Source: a virus. Taken from it: DNA of 64,000 nt. Of this stretch, positions 46,139 to 53,258 are shown piece by piece; within the stretch, counting starts at the first letter, position 1, and every line of letters begins with the position of its first letter. Location: positions 32,001-96,000 of the IMG/VR virus record IMGVR_UViG_3300017971_000207; one strand, given 5' to 3'. The notes under the pieces are model-generated. The model saw only the letters and a list, made by a program, of their open reading frames with translations. It did not search any database and had not been told where the DNA came from. The position numbers were made by a program, and so were the translations under genes.

Positions 46139-48064
46139 CTACCTCCGGCGCAGGAACTGGATAAAGCTGGACGAGACCAGCTGGACGAGGTCGGAGCCTA
46201 TGCGCTCAGCTCGAACTCGCCGCCAAAAGCGCTGCGGCCCAAACATATAGGACAGCTGAGACGGCTCTAGGTCAAAGCGCGTAGGGAAACCGGGCCCCAT
46301 CCGAGACCCGAGGAGAATGCCAGTAACGCCGATCCCCTGAGCCCGTGCCTGCTGCACCTCTTTGCGAACAAAGCGCATTAGCTGAGGAGTGCCGAACGTC
46401 TTCCCGTCACGCCGTCGATGGGTAGGGAACCCATCAGTGACTATGAAGATATGCTTGACCTCGGTTCCACAGCGCAGCTCCTTAACGGCCAGCCGTATAG
46501 CAACGTGGAGCGGGGTACCACCCCCGGCCCCCTTGTCCCCCATCGAGAGCACAGCATCCTTGTGGGAATCATAGCGGGTGATGGTTATCTGGCCAGGCTC
46601 CTGAGAGGAGAAGCCCCAAACCAGACTCTCTACGAAGGGGAAGCGCAGCGCTCGGTTGAGGATGTTGTAGGCAGAGCGGCACTGAATCGTTTTGCTGTGA
46701 CCCATAGAGCTGGAGCGGTCTAGAAGAAGGATGGACCGAAAGCCTTGCCCCCTAGCCTCCGAGCGAAAGCAAGGGACCGGCACACCTGTTACGTGGCGCT
46801 CCAGATAGGCGCCAACGTCCACCCTCGTCCCGCTCTCCTCTAGCGCCGAGGCACGTCGCCCCAGCACGCGGTAAAACTGGGCCCGCAGGCGCCGAATGGT
46901 TCGGCGTTCGTCGGGGTACACGTTCACCGAACCTTCGCGATCGTGGTCAATGAAGGTGACCTTCGCCATGGCGTCCTTCTGTAGCCACGCATCGCGACGA
47001 ACAACCTGCTTCATCTCCTGCAGGACCTGTGCAATCAGGTCCTGCATGCGGTCCTCAGACCGCGCTAGCTCCGCGTCAAACACATCACCGTCACCAACCG
47101 GAGCACACAGAGCTTTAGAGGCCAGAGCCTGCGACCGCGGAGATGTCCGAGACCGGACATAGCTCGACTCGCGCATCAGGCCCTCCAGGGCCTCCGGAGC
47201 GTCGCCGCTGTCTGCTAGAACTCTTGATAGGGCCTGCGCCCTCTCACGGCCAGAGACGGCCTGCGGGGCCTCGGGGTGCCACGGCTGCTGCTCCCCACTT
47301 TCCGCGCTGGCGCTCTCGTCCTCCTTACCGTCTGATGATCCCTCCTCATTGTCCCCGTCTCCCCTCTGCGGACAGGAGGGAGGGGGCTCGCCGCGGGTCT
47401 CACGGATTATCTGATTCACCAGCTGCACGACCAGCCACTTGCTCACCATCAAGGTGGCAGTAAAGTCGCGACCACACACCTTTCGGAACGCCTCCAGTAT
47501 GTATGGCTCGAAGCAGTCTAGGTCCCCAGGCGCCACGCCCTCTGGGTCCCCGCTCAGGCAGGTTACGTAGGAGAGCAGGCCCTCATGGGCCTCGGGCAAT
47601 ATCTCCGCGACAGCCTCACGATCGAGGTCTCTGATGATATCTCTGCTCCCGGCGTATAGCAGTCCCCACAGGGAGAGCACCCGGCGTCGCTCCAGCTGCG
47701 CGATGATATGTCCTAGCAGCTGGCGAACATCCTCCAAGGCAATGGGGACTCCCAGCTTTTCTCCTACCTTCTGCACCTTCTCGGTGTAGGTCTCCACGAA
47801 GAGGCGGGCGGCTTGAGGGTCGCTCTTGAAAAGAATATGCGCTAACTGCAGCTCAACCAGCCGGTAAAAGCTGGAGTGGAAGAAGGGCGCTCTTATCTCG
47901 TGGCCGTCCGTCCCCGGCACGTCGGCGTGGCGCAGCCACAGCTTGCGTTTGGTAATACCCGCAAACATGTCCACGGTCTTGTAGGCCACTGAGCGGGTGG
48001 TCTCATATGCTCGGAGAGCCTCCCGACGCTCTGGAGATAATTCGGCGGCAGCGTCCGGGGTCAT
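46139..48064 (-). CDS. vWA-domain protein (CobT-like partner of MoxR)
   Basis: MIDAS motif LLLDRSSSMG...GGTP...IVTDG. Confidence 0.88.
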   Translation of the reverse strand: MTPDAAAELSPERREALRAYETTRSVAYKTVDMFAGITKRKLWLRHADVPGTDGHEIRAPFFHSSFYRLVELQLAHILFKSDPQAARLFVETYTEKVQKVGEKLGVPIALEDVRQLLGHIIAQLERRRVLSLWGLLYAGSRDIIRDLDREAVAEILPEAHEGLLSYVTCLSGDPEGVAPGDLDCFEPYILEAFRKVCGRDFTATLMVSKWLVVQLVNQIIRETRGEPPPSCPQRGDGDNEEGSSDGKEDESASAESGEQQPWHPEAPQAVSGRERAQALSRVLADSGDAPEALEGLMRESSYVRSRTSPRSQALASKALCAPVGDGDVFDAELARSEDRMQDLIAQVLQEMKQVVRRDAWLQKDAMAKVTFIDHDREGSVNVYPDERRTIRRLRAQFYRVLGRRASALEESGTRVDVGAYLERHVTGVPVPCFRSEARGQGFRSILLLDRSSSMGHSKTIQCRSAYNILNRALRFPFVESLVWGFSSQEPGQITITRYDSHKDAVLSMGDKGAGGGTPLHVAIRLAVKELRCGTEVKHIFIVTDGFPTHRRRDGKTFGTPQLMRFVRKEVQQARAQGIGVTGILLGSRMGPGFPTRFDLEPSQLSYMFGPQRFWRRVRAERIGSDLVQLVSSSFIQFLRRR

Positions 48065-50109
48065 CTCTTCTTCCCGTTGAGGTCTACCTTGAATATCGAG
48101 GTGATGCGCTCCCGGACCGTGGCTTTGTCTGTCCCCTCGAACTTACCGACGACGATGCGCAGCGCGCGGGTTAGGTCCAGAGCTGCAATATCCTCCAGAA
48201 GCTGCACGACATCACGAGGGCTGAGGGCATAGTCCAAGGAAGCCTGGCGAGTCTCGTGCGCGAGCGTCATAACCTGCTTGACCACCTCTTTTCGAACGCC
48301 CCCGTTGAGCACAGCATCCAAGATCTTCTTCTCGCTGGTGGGATTGGGGTAGTCGACCGAGATAACCCTAAAACGAGACTTCAGATCCTCATTGAGCGCG
48401 TACACGCCGCCGTATACCGCCGTGTTCATTGTCCCGGTAACCCACAGCTCCTTACCGGGCTGCAGCTTAAACACCTTCTGCGCCTCGGGCACCTCCACCC
48501 GGCAACGCCAATCTGCTACCGCGTTAAGGATCTTCTGGCTCTGGGGTGAAAGCGAGTTATGCGTACCAAGCCCGTTGGCAAAGTATGTATGAGTCCCCGT
48601 GAGACCTATCTCTCGTAAGGGTGTTGGGGTCCTGTTGACTACCACTCTTTGTACAGTTACCCATCGAGGAACGTCCTCACCGCCCGACGTATTAGGTCTG
48701 GGCTTTTCAGATCCTCTTCCGATAGTCTCAACACTGTATAGCCCATGCTGGTGTAGGCTGCCGTCTCTGCCTCGCGCTGCTCTTTCGGGTGCCAGTAAGC
48801 CCCATCTACCAGCAGTACCTTCTTTCCCCTGGCAATGAAGTCGGGATTGAGGTGCCTCCCATCGGGGGTCGTCAACCATCTGCTGCCGTCGCCGACATAG
48901 TGAACCGGAAGACCTTCTAGGATGCTCATAGCCTTCCGCTCCAGTGCTGTGGGAAGCTCCGCATTCCACCCCGCATGTACAAACTGTATCTTGGCCTCGG
49001 GGTGCGCCTTCAGGTACGCCTTCCGCTTCGCCGACATATTCTGCCTGTGTGCGGGGTCGGACCATATTCTCTGAGCGCGTTCCGAGGCCAAGGCGCGACC
49101 TTTGGGACTCCGCCAAAACGCTGCGGTGGCTTGGCCACCTCGTGCTGCAGCCTCGCGGAACTCGGGGGACCGACAAACTGCCAAACGTTTGGCCCGCCTC
49201 TCCTCGTCGGCCCACTCTTTCTTCATCTGTCGCCTTTTGGTAGCAGCCATCTTTGCCCGCGTGGTTGGGTCCTCGTGCGGGCGCAAATTTCTCAGGAAGG
49301 CTGACATGCCCTCGCGGTACTCTTTGTCCTTCCACCTTTCGCGCATAGCCCTGGAGCGTTTTGCGCGAGCCTCCGGCGTCCTCGCCTTTGCTTGGACGTC
49401 CGGGCGACGTCCCGGATTGTCTCCGTGCGCCATACGTTCGTGAGCTCTTAAGGCCCGCAGGTCCCTCTTCACGCAGCCGCAAGTTTTGCAGGTGTAAGAT
49501 TCGGTCGCCTTCGCGGATGTCTTCGGCATAGGACCAACCTCGTGCGGTCCAAAAAAGGTGGTTACCGCTAGCAGTTATCCTACGCTCACCACAATCTAGT
49601 GTAAAGGAGGTGTTAGCCCATTCATCTCGGACCTCTACCACCGTCTCGATGCCTTGTTGACCAGAGGGTCCGAAGCTCACCACAGCGTCTCCCACCTGGA
49701 CGCGTTCTATAGGCACTTGGAGACCCGAAGGCAGCATTACGTTGGAGGATGGGTGTATGCAATTGATCTCCTCTAGGCAGAGGATACAGCGGCCAACCTC
49801 ATTGGCCACCTCGAAGGCGTTGGTTATGGGCCCTAGAACAAAAGGGGTCGAGCCCCCTCGGATGATGTGCATCCCCAGCAGATGAGAGCGCCGCACATCC
49901 TCTGAGCAGTCAAAGGTGATGATCGGGCTCCGTACCTTGTTAGCGTAGTGCTGGATGGAGAGTGTTTTCCCTACCCCCTTCGGACCACACACAATTGCGG
50001 GTGCCCGAAAGGCTAGCCCATCATACAGAGGGAGCAGGTCCAGGGCGTCGATGTAGGTAACCTGCTTCGGAGCGAAGCTGTCTGCGGGCAAACTTAGAAT
50101 ATCGCTCAT
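48061..50109 (-). CDS. MoxR/CobS-family AAA+ ATPase with intein (about 280 aa after splicing)
   Basis: GPKGVGKT, LEEIN|S, TMN...YGG...LNEDLKSRF, SPR. Confidence 0.9.
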   Translation of the reverse strand: MSDILSLPADSFAPKQVTYIDALDLLPLYDGLAFRAPAIVCGPKGVGKTLSIQHYANKVRSPIITFDCSEDVRRSHLLGMHIIRGGSTPFVLGPITNAFEVANEVGRCILCLEEINCIHPSSNVMLPSGLQVPIERVQVGDAVVSFGPSGQQGIETVVEVRDEWANTSFTLDCGERRITASGNHLFWTARGWSYAEDIREGDRILHLQNLRLREEGPAGLKSSRTYGARRQSGTSPGRPSKGEDAGGSRKTLQGYARKVEGQRVPRGHVSLPEKFAPARGPNHAGKDGCYQKATDEERVGRRGEAGQTFGSLSVPRVPRGCSTRWPSHRSVLAESQRSRLGLGTRSENMVRPRTQAEYVGEAEGVPEGAPRGQDTVCTCGVECGASHSTGAEGYEHPRRSSGSLCRRRQQMVDDPRWEAPQSRLHCQGKEGTAGRWGLLAPERAARGRDGSLHQHGLYSVETIGRGSEKPRPNTSGGEDVPRWVTVQRVVVNRTPTPLREIGLTGTHTYFANGLGTHNSLSPQSQKILNAVADWRCRVEVPEAQKVFKLQPGKELWVTGTMNTAVYGGVYALNEDLKSRFRVISVDYPNPTSEKKILDAVLNGGVRKEVVKQVMTLAHETRQASLDYALSPRDVVQLLEDIAALDLTRALRIVVGKFEGTDKATVRERITSIFKVDLNGKKR
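48556..49761 (-). mobile_element. MoxR intein (402 aa), no in-frame endonuclease
   Basis: IN|CIHPSSNV...ASGNHLFWT...HTYFANGLGTHN|S; low-complexity centre. Confidence 0.92.
48657..49529 (-). CDS. Vsr/DUF559-like endonuclease with C2H2 finger and basic helical repeats, nested in the +1 frame of the MoxR intein
   Basis: GAGGT 7 nt before ATG 49529; CKTC...H....H; PTALE...NPDF...VDGAYWH...GYTVLRLSE. Confidence 0.88.
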   Translation of the reverse strand: MPKTSAKATESYTCKTCGCVKRDLRALRAHERMAHGDNPGRRPDVQAKARTPEARAKRSRAMRERWKDKEYREGMSAFLRNLRPHEDPTTRAKMAATKRRQMKKEWADEERRAKRLAVCRSPEFREAAARGGQATAAFWRSPKGRALASERAQRIWSDPAHRQNMSAKRKAYLKAHPEAKIQFVHAGWNAELPTALERKAMSILEGLPVHYVGDGSRWLTTPDGRHLNPDFIARGKKVLLVDGAYWHPKEQREAETAAYTSMGYTVLRLSEEDLKSPDLIRRAVRTFLDG

Positions 50110-50120
50110 CGCTCAGCTCC

Positions 50121-50678
50121 TCAGCAGTAGAAGGTCAAAAGACGCCCATAGGGTCCCTGAGCTGCCTCGTGCGCCGGAGACTCCTGGAACTCGCCAACAG
50201 TGCGGGCGCCCTCGACGGTTATGATGGGCGCGACCCACACCCGCGTCTGGGGCCGAAAGCCGAGATGCGTGAATACTGCTAGCAGCGCGGGCTGCGGAGC
50301 GACCGGCTGTGTGTCTGCCAGGGCTAAGCCCAGCAGGTCATCAATATCTTCCGAGACGCTTTCCCCGAGGGGAACCTCATCAACCGTCTCATAGATGGTC
50401 AGAACGCCCACCGCCTTGGTCACCTCCGCAAAGCGGCCAACCGCTGCTTGGTGATCCTCCAGAGATAGCTGCTTGCGCTCCACTGCCAGAACCTTAACCC
50501 CAATAGGCTCGCCGTCTGGGTCCGTGGTAGCCAACAGCCACGAGGCCACGGGCAACCTTCCCCGCTGCGTTAATCTTAGCTGCGCCTGTGCAAAGGCCAC
50601 CTCCGCAAAACGCTCCGCGCCTCTGAGCGTGTGCAGATCCTCCGGTAACCTTGGTCGTGTTGTCACTGCTAGTCCCAT
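50121..50678 (-). CDS. Hypothetical protein
   Basis: ORF directly after a consensus promoter. Confidence 0.65.
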   Translation of the reverse strand: MGLAVTTRPRLPEDLHTLRGAERFAEVAFAQAQLRLTQRGRLPVASWLLATTDPDGEPIGVKVLAVERKQLSLEDHQAAVGRFAEVTKAVGVLTIYETVDEVPLGESVSEDIDDLLGLALADTQPVAPQPALLAVFTHLGFRPQTRVWVAPIITVEGARTVGEFQESPAHEAAQGPYGRLLTFYC

Positions 50679-50684
50679 GCTGCG

Positions 50685-50719
50685 AAGATAATATGTAACC
50701 TCGCGATTGTCAAGCGAGG
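50685..50719 (-). promoter_or_regulatory. Sigma70-type leaderless promoter with an inverted repeat around the -35
   Basis: TTGACA-17 nt-TATCTT-6 nt-ATG; CCTCGC and GCGAGG flank the -35. Confidence 0.75.
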
Positions 50720-50720
50720 C

Positions 50721-51317
50721 TCAAGCGGTGGGCTTCAGCTTGACACGTGAGGGACGCACCTTGGGGGCGTAGCGGCGGCAGTTAGCAGCTGCGTTAGATG
50801 CCCAGTAGCAGGGGCGTCCGACGTCTCCAGGGGCGTGGCAAACTCCCTGACACTCGCCGGCTTTGAAGTGGGGCGGTATCTCGCCGGATAGGTGTGCACA
50901 CGGATGGGTGTTGACCACCACTTGCTTAATCATCTGAGGGCTCCTTTGCTCGTTGTTGGAGGGCTCCGGCGCAAAGCCGAAGATCATACCGTTTGGGGGA
51001 GATTGGTCCTCTAGCGCATCGAGCGTCTCAAAGGCGAGGTCAATCATGTGGGGGCTATCAGCCGTAACAGCTCGGCGCCTGGCGGTCTCAGGCACAGCAT
51101 CGATGATGGCCCTAGCGGCCCAAGCTTCTGGAGAGAGTCCTCGGGTGGCGGCCCAACTGCTCACAAGCTGGTGCTTACTGCCTAGGGAGATCACAAGCTC
51201 GGGAGGCCGAGGCCGGCGGCGCTGCAGTGCCTTTCGGAGCGCGCCGCCTGCTAAAGCGCCTCCGAGGAAGGTCGCCACCAGAGCGACGCTGTACAGAATG
51301 GCAGATATCATATCCAT
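50721..51317 (-). CDS. Membrane-anchored hypothetical protein with Cys-rich C-terminus
   Basis: N-terminal hydrophobic helix; five Cys near the end. Confidence 0.6.
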   Translation of the reverse strand: MDMISAILYSVALVATFLGGALAGGALRKALQRRRPRPPELVISLGSKHQLVSSWAATRGLSPEAWAARAIIDAVPETARRRAVTADSPHMIDLAFETLDALEDQSPPNGMIFGFAPEPSNNEQRSPQMIKQVVVNTHPCAHLSGEIPPHFKAGECQGVCHAPGDVGRPCYWASNAAANCRRYAPKVRPSRVKLKPTA

Positions 51318-51320
51318 AGC

Positions 51321-51542
51321 CTACTGGGGCAGAGGTACCCCGAAGTGCATATCGCGGAGGTGAGCGCGGAGCACCTCACAGTGCTCAAAAGCTGGGCACA
51401 GCTCACAGGAGGAGAGCCCTTTCATATCCTTGCATGCCTCCACCTTACGCTGGCGGAGGACCGTCTCAAACTGCGGGGTGCCTGGGGTGTATCCTTCCAG
51501 CTCTACGGCAAGGTGTAGCTGCTCTAACCGACCCAGCGTCAT
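51321..51542 (-). CDS. Small Cys-rich protein
   Basis: C...SCELCPAFEHC; ATGA overlap. Confidence 0.6.
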   Translation of the reverse strand: MTLGRLEQLHLAVELEGYTPGTPQFETVLRQRKVEACKDMKGLSSCELCPAFEHCEVLRAHLRDMHFGVPLPQ

Positions 51543-51775
51543 GATGGGGTTTTTGCCGCCCGAGCAATACTCCGAATCTCCTCCAGCACGGATTGCGGAG
51601 ACTCGATCGCTCGCCTAAAGCAGCCCTCGTGAAGATACCCAAACTCTCCCTGCTCCTCGTCCTCGTGAAAGCTGTTCTCGGACAACGTCCCGCGAAGTAT
51701 CAGGTACACGCGCGTCCCAGCGTCCAACACCTTCCCACAACCACGACACCTATCAGTCGTTGCTTCGTCGCTCAT
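51539..51775 (-). CDS. Small Zn-finger protein
   Basis: CRGC...HEGC; ATGA overlap. Confidence 0.6.
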   Translation of the reverse strand: MSDEATTDRCRGCGKVLDAGTRVYLILRGTLSENSFHEDEEQGEFGYLHEGCFRRAIESPQSVLEEIRSIARAAKTPS

Positions 51776-52437
51776 CTCTTAGTCCTTTTCAAGCCCAGTC
51801 GGATCATAACCGCCTGAAGATCCTCCCACACCTGCGGCTTCCACTGCACGTTACGCAGTAGAGCAGCAGGATGGTAGGTAGCGCGGACCGGGACACCCTC
51901 CCAGCTGTGCCACTGTCCCCGCAGAGCCGTAACCTTCTTACCAGACCCTAGCAACGTCTGCGCCGCTGTTCCTCCCATTGCAACGATGCACTGCGGATTG
52001 ACGGCCCGCAGCTGCCCGCAGAGCAACGGGCGGCAGGCGTCTTTCTCTGCGGGCGAGGGCTTACGGTTCTGGGGCTCTGTTCGTCCCCTCGCAATATCCT
52101 CGTCCGAAGGAGGCGCCGTCGGACGGCACAATACCGCGTTGGTGATGAACACCTGGGAGCGCTCCAAGGTCATGGCCTTAATCATGCGGTTTAGAAGCTT
52201 GCCCGAGGAGCCCACAAACGGGACCCCTTCCGCATCCTCCTCAGCCCCCGGCCCCTCCCCCACAAAGGCCAGCAAAGGGCGATCAATGTTCCCCGCACCA
52301 AAAACAACATTACGCCGCTCTCGCGACAGAGCACACGCCTGGCAGCCCTGCGCGCGCTCACGCAAGCGCGCCACCTCGTCCGCCCCCCGCTGACCCGCTA
52401 GGGCCTCTGTCGATAGTAGCGAAAGCTGTGCGCTCAT
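51772..52437 (-). CDS. udg: Uracil-DNA glycosylase, family 4 (4Fe-4S)
   Basis: CQACAL, GEGPGAEED..G.PFVG, NAVLCRP, TYHPAALLR. Confidence 0.93.
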   Translation of the reverse strand: MSAQLSLLSTEALAGQRGADEVARLRERAQGCQACALSRERRNVVFGAGNIDRPLLAFVGEGPGAEEDAEGVPFVGSSGKLLNRMIKAMTLERSQVFITNAVLCRPTAPPSDEDIARGRTEPQNRKPSPAEKDACRPLLCGQLRAVNPQCIVAMGGTAAQTLLGSGKKVTALRGQWHSWEGVPVRATYHPAALLRNVQWKPQVWEDLQAVMIRLGLKRTKR

Positions 52438-52443
52438 GTGAGC

Positions 52444-52476
52444 ATCTTACCCTATGGAGAGGGGATTGTCTATCCC
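52444..52476 (-). promoter_or_regulatory. Sigma70-type leaderless promoter with an inverted repeat around the -35
   Basis: TAGACA-17 nt-TAAGAT-6 nt-ATG; GGGAT and ATCCC arms. Confidence 0.7.
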
Positions 52477-52529
52477 ACCTCGCCTGGAGCCAGTAACTAG
52501 AGTATGCTCAGAAGGCTGGAGGTCACACT

Positions 52530-52910
52530 ATGGATACTCTTGTCGAACTCTGGGAAAAGCACAGCTTCTGGTTGATCCCTGTAGGCTGGGCGCTTCTCTC
52601 GGGCGCGCTCAACCTCGCGTTGCGCAAGCGCACAGCGGAGGAGTGGGTCGAATATGCAGAGCAGCACCCGCGCCGGGCAGCTATCATCCGACTCATTCGC
52701 GCTCTGGGGTTTGATCCCGCTAAAGCTATCAACGCTGTTCAGCACCTGGTAAATGGGAAAGCTGTAGCGACCCGACGAATGCTGCCGGAGCCTGCTGCTA
52801 AAGCTCTAGAGGCGGCAGAGATCCTAGCGACCGCTAAGGACGAGGACAAGGCCAACGAGGCCAAGAAGGACGAGAAGGAGAAGCCATGCGAAAAGCCGCA
52901 ACCACCCTAA
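52530..52910 (+). CDS. Small membrane protein, possibly holin-like
   Basis: GGAGG SD; one hydrophobic helix; highly charged C-terminus. Confidence 0.55.
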   Translation: MDTLVELWEKHSFWLIPVGWALLSGALNLALRKRTAEEWVEYAEQHPRRAAIIRLIRALGFDPAKAINAVQHLVNGKAVATRRMLPEPAAKALEAAEILATAKDEDKANEAKKDEKEKPCEKPQPP

Positions 52911-53257
52911 TCCTAGCCCTGGCAGCCCTGGTGCTAACCGGCTGTCCCCAGTTTAAGCCGTGGGCCCGAACAGCCCTCGAAGCAGCCCGACACGCCTGCG
53001 CTGCCTACGCGGAGCAAACGGGCCTGTCCTTCAAGGACGTGTGCGACACCGAGGAGAAGCTACGTCCGTTTATCGATTCGATCCTAGCAGCTCAAGCAGC
53101 AGCCGCGGCAAAGGGGGCGGCCGGAGCCTGCAAGTGCCCAAAGTGTGAGGAGGCCCCCAAGCCCGCTGCCCCCGCACCGAAGCCGCCTCCCCCCACGCCC
53201 TCCGCAAAGCCGGAGGCCAAACCCATCCCCAAGCCTGAGCCAGCACCAGGAGGCTGA
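52886..53257 (+). CDS. Lipoprotein with Pro/Lys-rich tail
   Basis: MRK, hydrophobic stretch, LTGC lipobox. Confidence 0.75.
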   Translation: MRKAATTLILALAALVLTGCPQFKPWARTALEAARHACAAYAEQTGLSFKDVCDTEEKLRPFIDSILAAQAAAAAKGAAGACKCPKCEEAPKPAAPAPKPPPPTPSAKPEAKPIPKPEPAPGG

Positions 53258-53258
53258 G

